Both the position numbers and the translations under genes were made by a program. From positions 1,792,001-1,856,000 of the forward strand of contig CBDCTZ010000016.1 of the NCBI GenBank assembly GCA_965222375.1: a stretch of 64,000 nucleotides of DNA, in the 5' to 3' direction. The notes under the pieces are model-generated. The model was not told the origin of the DNA. It ran no database searches and saw only the letters and a list, made by a program, of their open reading frames with translations. Positions 29,187 to 38,986 of the stretch are shown here, in pieces (position 1 is the stretch's first letter; each line of letters opens with the position of its first letter). The stretch comes from Polyangiaceae bacterium (GTDB lineage: Bacteria; Myxococcota_A; Polyangia; Polyangiales; Polyangiaceae).

Positions 29187-29887
29187 GGCTCTTGGTCGCC
29201 GACGCTGGGTCTATCAGTCACGCGGTAGCCTACCCCCCGCACGGTTTCGATCAGCCCCGAGTCTCCACCAGCTTCGGATACCTTCTTGCGCAGCGCCTTC
29301 ACATGGCTGTCGACGGTTCGGTCACTAATCGCGAAGCCGTCACCCCAAACTCGATCGATCAACTGCGCTCGGGTGTAGACTCGTCCGGGGCTCTCCATCA
29401 AGCTGCCCAACAGGTCGAACTCGACGCGAGTCAGCTCCAGCGCGCTGCCGTTGACGCTCGCTCTGCGCGTGGATTCATCGAGATGCAGAGGAAGCTCCTG
29501 AGTGTTCGGCGTCGCACTGTCCTGCTGGGCGCCCACGCGACGCAGGACCGCCCGCACCCGCGCTACGACTTCGCGTGGGGAGAACGGCTTGGTCACGTAA
29601 TCGTCCGCACCCGTCTCTAGGGCAGCCACGCGATCCGCCTCTCCATCACGACTGGAAAGCACGATGATGGGAGTCGCCAGTCCGTCCCTGCGCACCTTCC
29701 CGATGAAATCGAAGCCGCTGCCGTCGGGCAACATCAAGTCGAGCACTACCAAATCTGTGTCTGTGATGGCGCCCTCGGCCTCCGCAACCGTGCCCGCTTC
29801 GGACACGGTGTAGCCGTCCCGTTTGAGCGCGTAGGCGACACTTTCCCGAATCGCCGGCTCGTCTTCGACCACTAGGATGCGCTGCAT
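29183..29887 (-). CDS. OmpR-family response regulator (CreB-like)
   Basis: VEDE, LDLMLPD, GADDYVTKPF and winged-helix ETVRGVGY. Confidence 0.95.
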   Translation of the reverse strand: MQRILVVEDEPAIRESVAYALKRDGYTVSEAGTVAEAEGAITDTDLVVLDLMLPDGSGFDFIGKVRRDGLATPIIVLSSRDGEADRVAALETGADDYVTKPFSPREVVARVRAVLRRVGAQQDSATPNTQELPLHLDESTRRASVNGSALELTRVEFDLLGSLMESPGRVYTRAQLIDRVWGDGFAISDRTVDSHVKALRKKVSEAGGDSGLIETVRGVGYRVTDRPSVGDQEP

Positions 29888-29926
29888 CGCTCGGCAGTGT
29901 ATCCCGGTTCTTGGAGCGCTGCCGCC

Positions 29927-30517
29927 TCAAGCCAAGAAGCTACGCACTAGCGGAGGAATCGACTTGAGCAGCCGGTCCAGGTGCTCTGGGTTCGGGCGTG
30001 TTCCGGCGAAATGCACCACCAGGCCACCGGGTCGCACCTCCAGGTGGCCTGTGAAGCTCCAGGACAGGAGCAACTGTCGCACCGCTGGTGGAAACGCCGC
30101 CTCAGCTTCCGTTGGCGATGCCGCTAGCGTGATGACTTGAGCGTCCCAGGTGGCATCACCAAGCTTCACTGTCGGCGGTGGAGGGTTTTCGATGTACGCG
30201 ACCCGGGTGTTGAAATGGTCCCCGACCCGGGCGGCTGCCCGCCGCACGAATCCCGGGTGGGAGACGAAGGCCAGAAGAGTGCGGTCCAGAGGCTCCGAGT
30301 CCAGGGGTGCCAACCAGGGCTCTGCAATGGTCGCGGTACCTGGCGGCATGGACCAAGAGACGCTGTTCACGTAGCCCTCGGCGCTGACCATGGTGTCGAA
30401 GGGCTCCCAGGCGGCAAACCAGCTTGGATTGGGTGTGGCTTCGTAGGCCATGCGGCGCGATCGCGCGAACCGCTCCAACTGCGCGGAGCCTTCGGGAAGC
30501 GGTGGGCTCGGTGCCAT
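29927..30517 (-). CDS. Hypothetical protein
   Basis: 196-aa ORF with protein-like composition, co-oriented with the two-component pair. Confidence 0.6.
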   Translation of the reverse strand: MAPSPPLPEGSAQLERFARSRRMAYEATPNPSWFAAWEPFDTMVSAEGYVNSVSWSMPPGTATIAEPWLAPLDSEPLDRTLLAFVSHPGFVRRAAARVGDHFNTRVAYIENPPPPTVKLGDATWDAQVITLAASPTEAEAAFPPAVRQLLLSWSFTGHLEVRPGGLVVHFAGTRPNPEHLDRLLKSIPPLVRSFLA

Positions 30518-30611
30518 GCCTCCCTGTTAACTCGGCTCTTGCTCCGGCGCTAGCTGCCTGGCGGATCCGCGGCGCCTTGACGCGACCCGCGCAACTTGGC
30601 ACCACAGGGCC

Positions 30612-32204
30612 GTGAAACGAACTTGGGGGCTGATAGCCTGTCTAATTGCTTTTTTGCTGGTGAGCTGTGGCGGGCCGGGGTCGTCCCAAACGGGCCCGAG
30701 CAGCGTGGATGAAGAGAAGGCGCAGCGCCTCTTGGAACGCGCTCGCGCGTCCAAGGATGAGACGGCCTACCGGCGTTTGGTCAACCGCTTCGGGCAGACC
30801 GATGCTGCTGCCGAGGGCAAAGACGAACTCGCGAAGATCCTCGTTGGGCAGGCCGAGGCGGCTTTGCAGAAGTCCGACTTTGCAACCGCCCAGTCCCGCG
30901 CTGAGGAAGCACGTCTCTATGGCGGCCTGGAAACCACTGAACGCGCCCGAGCGGTCGAAAACCGCATCGACGAAGATCGCGGTCAAAAGGAGGCCAAAGC
31001 GGTGGTCAAGCTCGCGCACAAAGGGGACTGCGCCGGCGCGATGAATGCGTCGGCGAAGGCACAGCGGGGCAAAGCTCGGGAGGCCTACGTCAACACGCTG
31101 CAAAAGGAGAGTGGTGTTGCCCTCGTACTCTGCCTGGAGAAGAAGTTCTCCGAGCTGATTGAGGGTGGCAAGCTGGATGCGGCGCGAGCGTTGATCGGAT
31201 CCCCCGACGCAAAGAAGGCTCTGAGTGACGAGAAGATGGCAGAGGCGTCGCGCGCGATCCGCAAGGCTGTCGTCAGCTATACGACAAGGGACATACGACC
31301 CATGCTCGCGGACAAGCGCTGGAAAGACGCCGTGGCGAAGCTGGACGAGCTCACCAGCGACGGCACGATTTCCGACGCCGAAAAGCCTTTCGCCGTCGAA
31401 CTCGTGCAAGACGCCCTGACCAAGCACCTCGTCGCCCTGGGCGAGCAAAGTGTCAGCGCCAAGAAACCCAGCGAGCTGCTCAAGCAATACGACCAAGACC
31501 TGCCCCACGGTCGATACTCGGACGCACCCAAGAGCCTACTTACCGCACGGCGCCGACTCTCCGTCGCCAGTGAGTGTGAGCGCTTGAAGTGCAAGTTCGC
31601 TCAGCCGCAGGTCAAGTGGGCCTTTGGCAAGGTCGCAATGAAGATCGCGGAGAACGAGAAGAGTGAAGTGCAGGGCGGCGTGGCTCACGGCAGCAAGATC
31701 TGGATTCTCGGTAAGAGCCGAACTCAGGCACTGATCGCCGTGAAGGATCCGGGCAGCCCCAAAGGTGCGAAGCTGCTCGATGTGGCTGAAGGGTGGGTCA
31801 GTCTGAAAAGCCTCCGGGGCAAGGATACGTCCACGACCCTGCCGCCCAAGGCCGAGCTGGCCGGAGTACGCGTGTGGGGGCCCCTCAGGGCACCAAAGAA
31901 GACCTACCATCTGGGCAAAGTCGTCCGCGTGGAGGGCGTAAAAGTTGTCGTCAAGCGTCTCGGCGATAGCAAAGACGTCACGGTGCTTTTGAATAAGATC
32001 GTGTTCGGCACCCTGGAAAACGGCATTCGGGTGCTCGCCTTCTGCACCGATGAAGTGAATCCGGAGCCGGCAAAAATTTCCGGCCTGGTGACCGCAGGCG
32101 GCGGCACGCCCAAGGTGAAGGTCACCTGCGACAAGGGGGATTTGACCCGGGTGGAAGTCGCCGGAGCCTTGGCCAGCAAACGGGAGTGGCTACCGAAGCG
32201 TTGA
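30612..32204 (+). CDS. Hypothetical lipoprotein (helical N-terminal half, beta-rich C-terminus)
   Basis: LVSC lipobox; 530-aa ORF. Confidence 0.7.
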   Translation: MKRTWGLIACLIAFLLVSCGGPGSSQTGPSSVDEEKAQRLLERARASKDETAYRRLVNRFGQTDAAAEGKDELAKILVGQAEAALQKSDFATAQSRAEEARLYGGLETTERARAVENRIDEDRGQKEAKAVVKLAHKGDCAGAMNASAKAQRGKAREAYVNTLQKESGVALVLCLEKKFSELIEGGKLDAARALIGSPDAKKALSDEKMAEASRAIRKAVVSYTTRDIRPMLADKRWKDAVAKLDELTSDGTISDAEKPFAVELVQDALTKHLVALGEQSVSAKKPSELLKQYDQDLPHGRYSDAPKSLLTARRRLSVASECERLKCKFAQPQVKWAFGKVAMKIAENEKSEVQGGVAHGSKIWILGKSRTQALIAVKDPGSPKGAKLLDVAEGWVSLKSLRGKDTSTTLPPKAELAGVRVWGPLRAPKKTYHLGKVVRVEGVKVVVKRLGDSKDVTVLLNKIVFGTLENGIRVLAFCTDEVNPEPAKISGLVTAGGGTPKVKVTCDKGDLTRVEVAGALASKREWLPKR

Positions 32205-32223
32205 CGTGCTGCAGTCAGCGGAC

Positions 32224-32712
32224 GTGAAGACGCTGCTGCTGCTCCGCCACGCCAAGTCCAGCTGGTCCGACTCCAGCTTGGACGACCACGATCGTCCGCT
32301 GAACAAGCGAGGCAAGCGGGATGCCCCCCGCATGGCCCGTTTCATCGTCGACTCGGGATGGGTCCCGGACATCATCATCAGCTCCACTGCAGCGCGGGCC
32401 CGTGCCACGGCGCTGGCGGTTGCCGAGGCTTGCGACTGGTCGCCCAAGCTTAGCCTGCAGCGGGACCTGTATCTTGCGTCGCCCAGTGACTACCTGGCTG
32501 CGCTTGAAGAGGTGCCACCCCAAGCGGCGCGGGTCCTGATGGTCGGGCACAACCCCGGAATCGAGGAGCTCGCCGACCAACTCTCCGGAATCACCGTGTT
32601 CATGCCTACTGCGGCCCTCGTCGTGCTCGAGTCGTCCGCGCCCTTCGCGGAGTTTTCTTCCCACGGCGCGAATATAGTTGGCAACCACCGGCCCAAAGAG
32701 CTCGATGAGTGA
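32224..32712 (+). CDS. sixA: SixA-like histidine phosphatase
   Basis: LLRHAKS, RPL..RG, RA..TA and VGHNP. Confidence 0.85.
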   Translation: MKTLLLLRHAKSSWSDSSLDDHDRPLNKRGKRDAPRMARFIVDSGWVPDIIISSTAARARATALAVAEACDWSPKLSLQRDLYLASPSDYLAALEEVPPQAARVLMVGHNPGIEELADQLSGITVFMPTAALVVLESSAPFAEFSSHGANIVGNHRPKELDE

Positions 32713-32805
32713 GGCAACGCGCCCCTACGGGATGCGCGCCACGTCAACCTGTGCTGTGGCGACGGCTTTCACGCAACTGGCGCCGTCTGCAGCCGAGCAG
32801 CGGTC

Positions 32806-33936
32806 ATGTCTGCTCTCGCCCGCCTGCGCTCTTCCGCCCATCTACTCTGTTTGGTTGTCTTTGCCGCGTGTTCTTCTGAGCCCGCGGCAAAGATCGCGTC
32901 GCCAGCCGAGCAAGAACCGTATCGCCCGCGCCCGAGGCCCGAGCCGGCGGTGAGTGGTTCGCTTCCCAATTGGGCGGCGACGGCATTGTTCGCGGCGCAC
33001 GTAGACGGTGGTGTGCTCGCGGTGGACGGCGCGACGGGCAACCTACGCGACCACGCCCTTCCTGGTCAGTACGTCGTGGATCTGAACTGGGATCCCGTAG
33101 GTGAACGCCTGCTGGCGGCAGTCTTGTTGCCTGAAGCGGAGGGCGGAACCGTCGTGGCTTTGAGCCTCACCGAGGAGGGACTCGTCGAATCCAGCGAATC
33201 TCCGCCCTTCGATGGGGAGCTCAGGATCCTGGCCGGAGCGGCAGGGATCCTGCTGCTCAACCACTTCGACGCCACGAGCTGGCAACTCCTCGACCCACAC
33301 CTTTCACCCTCCGCGCCGGGTCGAGCCGTGGTGACGCCGACGGGCCTGAGGCCACTGCGAAGCTCAGCGGGCAGCGCTTGGCTCGCTCTCGATACCACCG
33401 GCGCATCCGCCAGTGGCTACGAAGACGCTCTCGTGCGCGTCGAGCACAGCGCCACCCGTTTCAGCGCTCAGTTCCTCGCTTTCTCCGCGCCGGATCGCCC
33501 CGAGTCCCGCTTGGTGCAGGGCGAAAACTCACGCAACTGGATCGCCCGCAAGCCCGATGAAGCCGCGTGGGTCGAGCTTGGCAGTTACGACATCAATGCA
33601 CCATCGGTACCTTCTTTCAATCGCATTGATCTCGCTGCCCCGCTCGGCCCGCTCATTGACGCCACCTTCGTCCCGCCCGGGGATCGCGTTGCGCTCTTGC
33701 TTGGCGGCTCCGAATCCCACCTGGCGCTCATCGATGACCATGTCGTCACGGTGCCGGTGCCTGGAGGCGCCATCCCTGAATTGCTCTTTCCACGAAAGAT
33801 GGTCTGGCAGAAGTCCACCGATCGTTTGTGGGTGGCAACAGAGCTGGGCTTGACCGCATTCGCAGCCTCCCAAGACGGCTGGCCCCAAGTCGCCCACATC
33901 ACGCAGGCACGCGGCCCCGTGGCGATCGCGCAATGA
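32806..33936 (+). CDS. Hypothetical lipoprotein (beta-propeller-like)
   Basis: FAAC lipobox; short beta-strand repeats. Confidence 0.55.
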   Translation: MSALARLRSSAHLLCLVVFAACSSEPAAKIASPAEQEPYRPRPRPEPAVSGSLPNWAATALFAAHVDGGVLAVDGATGNLRDHALPGQYVVDLNWDPVGERLLAAVLLPEAEGGTVVALSLTEEGLVESSESPPFDGELRILAGAAGILLLNHFDATSWQLLDPHLSPSAPGRAVVTPTGLRPLRSSAGSAWLALDTTGASASGYEDALVRVEHSATRFSAQFLAFSAPDRPESRLVQGENSRNWIARKPDEAAWVELGSYDINAPSVPSFNRIDLAAPLGPLIDATFVPPGDRVALLLGGSESHLALIDDHVVTVPVPGGAIPELLFPRKMVWQKSTDRLWVATELGLTAFAASQDGWPQVAHITQARGPVAIAQ

Positions 33937-33983
33937 CGCGCGGTGAGTGGCTGCGGCAACAGGTGCTCGAAGTGGAGTGACGC

Positions 33984-34610
33984 ATGGCCCATGACGATCC
34001 GGTTGCCCGTTTGAATCCGCTGCATCCGGGCGCTAAGCTGCTCTCGGTGAACGACGACTCCACCAAGCGCCGCGCGACTTACGAGGACGTGCTCGCTGCG
34101 CCGCCACACATGGTGGCGGAAGTTGTTGACGGCGTGCTCTACCAAAGCCCGCGACCCGCCATGCCGCATGTGATTGCAGCATCCGCGATCGGCGAGGAGT
34201 TGGGACCACCTTTCAAGCGAGGCCGCGGCGGTCCTGGTGGCTGGATGATTCTGTACGAGCCCGAGATCCATCTGGGCGAGCACATCGTGGTTCCGGACTT
34301 GGGGGGATGGCGCCGAGAGCGCCTTCCGGTGGTTCCCGATGTGGCCTACCTCGAACTGTCGCCGGACTGGGCCTGCGAGGTGCTGTCGCAATCGACGCGG
34401 CGTTTGGACCGTGGTCCCAAGCGCGACGTCTACCTAGCGGCCGGCGTTCCGTGGCTTTGGTTCGTTGAACCCTTGGACCAACTGATCGAAGTGTTGCAAT
34501 TGGATGGCGCCACCTATCGCATCGCCATGACCGTGACCGGCGGCGACCCGGTGCGGCTGCCTCCCTTTGACGCCATCGAGTTGCCCTTGTCGGCGTTGTG
34601 GCAGCGGTGA
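33984..34610 (+). CDS. Uma2-family (DUF820) PD-(D/E)XK-like endonuclease (start may be 34047)
   Basis: ATYED, AEVVDG, VPDLGGW, PDWACEVLS.ST...D...K...Y...GV..LW. Confidence 0.9.
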   Translation: MAHDDPVARLNPLHPGAKLLSVNDDSTKRRATYEDVLAAPPHMVAEVVDGVLYQSPRPAMPHVIAASAIGEELGPPFKRGRGGPGGWMILYEPEIHLGEHIVVPDLGGWRRERLPVVPDVAYLELSPDWACEVLSQSTRRLDRGPKRDVYLAAGVPWLWFVEPLDQLIEVLQLDGATYRIAMTVTGGDPVRLPPFDAIELPLSALWQR

Positions 34611-34632
34611 CTCTGCAAGGCGGACGCCGAAA

Positions 34633-34830
34633 GCGGAAGCAGACGCCCACGCAAACGCAGAAGCGCCAACGCGGAAGCCGACGCCAACGCGGAAGCGCAC
34701 GCAGAAGGCGGAAGCAGACGCCGACGCTAGCGCGGAAGCGTACGCTGCCGCCAACGTGGAAGCGGAAGCAGACGCCGACACCAATGCGGAAGTAGACGCA
34801 TACGTGGAAGCGGATACCGGCGCGTACGCT
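34633..34830. repeat. Degenerate hexamer tandem array (GCGGAA/GCAGAC/GCCGAC/GCCAAC...) upstream of four-helix-bundle gene
   Basis: About 30 units of consensus GCNVAM, with two register slips. Confidence 0.85.
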
Positions 34831-34983
34831 TTCGATGGGCGGGGTGGTGTGGGTGCGACGGATTTGTGCAACCCCGTGCCAGCTGTCGCTGTCACTTGGG
34901 GTTGCATTCAAGGTGTGCCGGGAGACGGCTGGGTACGCGATTCGAAACCTCCAACCCTTCGGGTGATTGGAGGTTTCGATACA

Positions 34984-35331
34984 ATGAACGAGTCCACTAC
35001 ATCTTTGCTTCCGCATCATCGGTTGCGGGCGTATCGCGTTGCGCTGGAGTTCCTGGCCGCGGTAAAGGCGGCGAATATTCGGGAGCGGGTTGACCGTGAC
35101 CAGGCCATCCGATCCGCCAAGAGCGTCTGTCGAAACCTCGCCGAGGCTACGGGTCGCGTGTCCCGCGCGGACAAGGCGCGCGTGTTCGGCATCGCTCGGG
35201 GCGAAACTGTCGAGGCCATCGCCACCACCGAAATCGCCGTGGAAGCTGGCGAGGCGTCACCCGCGGCGCTGCCTCGCGTGCTCGAGCGCGGCAATGCGCT
35301 GTACGCCATGCTCACGGCGCTATCGCGCTGA
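34984..35331 (+). CDS. Four-helix-bundle protein (23S rRNA IVP / bAvd-like family)
   Basis: H.RL.AY..A, DQ..R.A.SV..N.AE..GR, F.IARGE..E; 115 aa. Confidence 0.85.
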   Translation: MNESTTSLLPHHRLRAYRVALEFLAAVKAANIRERVDRDQAIRSAKSVCRNLAEATGRVSRADKARVFGIARGETVEAIATTEIAVEAGEASPAALPRVLERGNALYAMLTALSR

Positions 35332-35372
35332 GCATGATTGCCCGCGGGCCAAACAGCGAGATTAGTGCACCA

Positions 35373-35408
35373 GGGCGAATAGGGCCACGACCCCAAAAAC
35401 CAAAACCG
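35373..35408. repeat. Dispersed repeat family A, terminal fragment
   Basis: CGACCCCAAAAACCAAAACCG is nearly the reverse complement of 41137-41157. Confidence 0.6.
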
Positions 35409-35431
35409 TATAGCGCTCTGCTCAGTCGTTG

Positions 35432-36607
35432 CTATTGGCTCGTGGCGTCACTTCTGAGAACGCCTCGCGTTTTGGGTGTGTAATCGGGGAACACTTTGGC
35501 CAGCTTGGTGCGGGGCAATCGGGCGAGGGCTAGTTCGGCGAGCACGTCCCGGTAGTCGATGGTGACGCGCAGATCGCCCGGGGATTCGAGATCTCCCGGG
35601 GCGAGGCCGGGCCATTCGGTGATCACCCGGCCGCCGCGCACCTCGCCGCCGAGCACGAACATCACTCCGGCGCGACCATGGTCCGTGCCGAAGGTGGTGT
35701 TTTCGTAGCTACGTCGGCCGAACTCGGTCATCACCACGATGGTTGTGCGCTCCAAGTGCTCACCCAGGTCTTGTCGGAATGCAGAAATGCCTTTGCCCAG
35801 CTGGTCCACTTGGTCCGAAAAGGACGCTTGTTGTCCGAAGTGGGTGTCCCAGCCGCCGAGGTCAACACTGGCCGCGTGAACGCCCACGTCGGCCTTGATC
35901 AGCCGTGCGACGTCTGCGAGCTGTCGGCCAAAGGAATGCTTGGGGTAGCTGTCGCGCGGCGGCGCGGTTCGGTCGAGCTCACGCAGGCGCTTCAGGGTGG
36001 CGAGGGCGTCGCGGCCCGCTTTCCCCAAGTCGTCCCGACTTGCGCCGTAGAGACGGCCGAGGGCGGCTTCGAACCCTGCGTCGACACTGTTGCCCAAGGC
36101 GTAGTCTGCCAAGCTTGCCAGCACGCTCGCGGCCGGCGCTGCGCGGAGGGATTCGGGGAGTCGCGTGCCCATGGCGACTGCACTCAGGCTGCCTGCCCGC
36201 CCCTGCGCGCGAAGCAGGCGAGCGAGCCAACCGCTGCCCAGTGCCCTGCTCGCGCTCTCTCCTCGTTCCATTTGGTCTTGGGCTTCGAAGTGAGAGCGGG
36301 TTTGGTCGTCGGAGCCGATCGCGTGCACGATGGCAAGCTCGCCGCTTCGGAATGCGGGGAGCCAGCTAGCGAGGCGAGGGTGAAGTCCGAAGCGCTCGTC
36401 GAGGGGCAGGCAGCGGGATTCAGTGTCCGCGTGGTCGGGGCGGGGCACTGCAAGGGAGGGCCGCAGCGCGTAGTAGCGGTCTTCGAAGTGAGGCACCACC
36501 AGGTTCAGGGCGTCCGCACCACCGCGCAAGAACACGCAGACTAGCGGTGCTAGAGCGCGCCCGCTGTCTGGGAGCGATAATCCGAGCTTGGCGTGCGCTC
36601 CGGGCAT
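35432..36607 (-). CDS. DUF1501 family protein
   Basis: FLRGGAD.LN, RSHFEAQ, GGWDTH, EFGR, GTDHG and DYR. Confidence 0.9.
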   Translation of the reverse strand: MPGAHAKLGLSLPDSGRALAPLVCVFLRGGADALNLVVPHFEDRYYALRPSLAVPRPDHADTESRCLPLDERFGLHPRLASWLPAFRSGELAIVHAIGSDDQTRSHFEAQDQMERGESASRALGSGWLARLLRAQGRAGSLSAVAMGTRLPESLRAAPAASVLASLADYALGNSVDAGFEAALGRLYGASRDDLGKAGRDALATLKRLRELDRTAPPRDSYPKHSFGRQLADVARLIKADVGVHAASVDLGGWDTHFGQQASFSDQVDQLGKGISAFRQDLGEHLERTTIVVMTEFGRRSYENTTFGTDHGRAGVMFVLGGEVRGGRVITEWPGLAPGDLESPGDLRVTIDYRDVLAELALARLPRTKLAKVFPDYTPKTRGVLRSDATSQ

Positions 36608-38070
36608 CAGTGCCTCTGAAACGCGGGGCTCGCGAGGGCAAGGGCCACGACATCCGGGTTCACCTCATTGGCATAGGCGCGGATGGTGGACAGCTCTTTG
36701 GCGGTGGGCGCACGTCCAAACAGATGCCCCAGGACGAGCGCGACTTTCGGGTGGGGGCCGGTAACGGCGCGCGCGAGTGCCGCTGCGTTGATCTTGGTTC
36801 CCGGGATTTCGTTTGCCGTGAGCGAGCGGGCGAAGCGAAACCGCCCCAACAATCCCGCGGTCCAATGCCGGGAGTGGATTGGGTAGCCATCTGGGGTGGG
36901 GAATTGAAACAGACCTTGCCCCATCTGAACCAACGACGAACCGAAGGGTCCACGACCGTGGGTTTGTGCGCCGAGAGCCCTGAGTGCGGACACCACGAAG
37001 CGAAAGGGGCGCTTCAGTTTCTGGCCGCGGGCCGCGCGAAACTCCTCGCTGGTCAGGACGGTCCGGACGACGGGTTTCAGGTCGCCTCCATGGGCGCGAA
37101 ACGCGTCAGCAGCGCGGCGCACCAAGGCTGCAGGTGATTCGTCCGAGACGAACCAGCGGCATAGTTTGCCCGCGACGAACTTCGAACAGGACGGATGCTG
37201 CACCACGATGTCGATGAGGCGGTCGACGTCGGCCGGGCCGCCGCCGGAGCCGATGCGCTTTCCCAAAACGATCTTCTCGCCGTCATCGTGGCGTGACGAT
37301 ACGAACTCGACCTTCCCCGGCGTGCGCCCCTCGCGAACGACCCAGCCTGTGAGGCACCTCGCCGCCTCCATCACGTCGCGCTGGGTGTAACCACCCTTCA
37401 CGCCAAGGGCGTGGAGCTCGAGCAGCTCCCGGGCGTAGTTTTCGTTTGGCTGTTCGTCGGGTTTGGTTCGCTGATTGTTCCTGCCGTCGAGGTAGACGAG
37501 CATCGCTGGGGACAGCGCTGACGCCTTCAATAGCTCCGGAAAACGACCCAGAGCATGCTTGCGAATGACTTCGCGCTCGTCCGTTGGCTTGAGGTGTTTG
37601 CAGAGCGACTTGCCGATCGCGATGTTGAAGTGGTCGCGAAAGAACATCACCATCACTTCGTGCAATTGCCGGCGCGAGTACACGGCTCGAAGTAGCGTGT
37701 AAGTGATCAGCTGCTTCTCAATGGCTTCTGGTCGCAATTCGAAGGCCAAATCCGGAGGCCAATGCGCGGCGTCGATGAATGCCGTGCGCAGCCAAGCCCC
37801 GGGGTCATCGACGCCCTCGGGCTGTAGCTGTCGTTCAACCCATTGAGCTTCCCCCAGCGCGCGAACCTCATCGACTTCGCCTGGAGTTGGCCCGAAGGCA
37901 GCCCGGGACAGCAGATGGTGGGCGGCATCGATACCCTTGGACATCGGCGGCGAAAACGATTCGAAGGTGCTGCCTTCGAACTGGCGCGCCACGGTATCGA
38001 CGACGCCGTCGCAGCCGAGTGCCAGGCTACCCAGGGCGCCCGACTTCAGGAAGTCACGCCGCGTGGACAT
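36607..38070 (-). CDS. DUF1800 family protein with Tat/lipoprotein signal
   Basis: HLLSR..FG, F..HF, PAML.YLD, PNENYARELLELH.LG; N-terminal TRRDFLK...LGC. Confidence 0.9.
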   Translation of the reverse strand: MSTRRDFLKSGALGSLALGCDGVVDTVARQFEGSTFESFSPPMSKGIDAAHHLLSRAAFGPTPGEVDEVRALGEAQWVERQLQPEGVDDPGAWLRTAFIDAAHWPPDLAFELRPEAIEKQLITYTLLRAVYSRRQLHEVMVMFFRDHFNIAIGKSLCKHLKPTDEREVIRKHALGRFPELLKASALSPAMLVYLDGRNNQRTKPDEQPNENYARELLELHALGVKGGYTQRDVMEAARCLTGWVVREGRTPGKVEFVSSRHDDGEKIVLGKRIGSGGGPADVDRLIDIVVQHPSCSKFVAGKLCRWFVSDESPAALVRRAADAFRAHGGDLKPVVRTVLTSEEFRAARGQKLKRPFRFVVSALRALGAQTHGRGPFGSSLVQMGQGLFQFPTPDGYPIHSRHWTAGLLGRFRFARSLTANEIPGTKINAAALARAVTGPHPKVALVLGHLFGRAPTAKELSTIRAYANEVNPDVVALALASPAFQRH

Positions 38071-38617
38071 GGCCTTCGGAGTTGGCCGGAGTGGGTGCAC
38101 CCAAGAACTCTGGCGCGCTGACCAGGGTGTGCTCTCGAATTCGACGCGGACTTTTCGAGAACACCGCCAGGATGGCTGCACCGACGCTGCCGAAGAGAGC
38201 GATCGGTAGCGCGACGAACCAACCCAACAATGGGAATGCGAAAGCGAGCTCCAGGATGACCACTGCGCGTACCACTGGCGTTCCGCCCCTCGGCGCTGGC
38301 GTGTTTCGGGCGATGCGCAGGACCAGCCCGCTCATACCCACCAGCCCGACGGCGACGACCATCATGACGCCCACCATTCCGATGAACTTCAGGGCTCCCG
38401 TCGGCGCCTTGGTCAGTGCCAAGGACACAGTCAGCAGCACCAGCGCAATCGGAACGCCGATCACGCAAGACAGGCCTGCATTGTTCGTCCAACAGCCCTC
38501 AGCCCGCTCCGCAAAGCGCGGCCACAAGGCGGTGACCAGCAGGATGCTCGCTCCCATCGAGAGCAAGAGGCCGACGGATAGCGCAGTGAAAAACAGCGTA
38601 CTCCCCACATATGGCAT
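38054..38617 (-). CDS. Hypothetical membrane protein (about 4-5 TM)
   Basis: Hydrophobic helices; overlaps the DUF1800 start. Confidence 0.65.
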   Translation of the reverse strand: MPYVGSTLFFTALSVGLLLSMGASILLVTALWPRFAERAEGCWTNNAGLSCVIGVPIALVLLTVSLALTKAPTGALKFIGMVGVMMVVAVGLVGMSGLVLRIARNTPAPRGGTPVVRAVVILELAFAFPLLGWFVALPIALFGSVGAAILAVFSKSPRRIREHTLVSAPEFLGAPTPANSEGHVHAA

Positions 38618-38986
38618 ATGTGGCCTTCGCCCGAGCCCCCGACCTTATTTCGCCGTCGGCTCTGACTTTCCAATAAGACGCCCACGCGCATCGGGGCACA
38701 GTGTCGGACAATGTGGGCAGGCGATGCGCCAAGCCACGAAACGGATGGGTTCTTCCAGCGTCGGCGCCACAGGAGCGCCAGCAACAAGACAAGCGACCAG
38801 CCGCCGCGTGAGTGCCCGTCATCGTGCGACAGCCGCGTCCGGGGTCTTGGCCCTGCGAGCTAGATTCGAAACACGCGAACGCATGGCTTTGCTAGCGAAA
38901 GATGCATGATCCATGCCCGTGGGTGCTGGAACACATTTGTTGAAAGCCGGGCTATGCGCTGGTCTGAGAGAGGATGACTTGCGACG

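Noticed and set aside
33984..34610. Uma2 gene as a defence or restriction system
   Set aside because: Solitary member of a family commonly expanded in myxobacteria; no methylase or other defence partner is adjacent.
34567..34983. N-terminal extension of the four-helix-bundle ORF (254 aa in track)
   Set aside because: It reads through the hexamer array with register slips; family similarity begins only at ATG 34984.
34984..35331. Diversity-generating retroelement (Avd-like gene)
   Set aside because: No reverse transcriptase and no TR/VR pair with adenine-specific mismatches was seen in the window.
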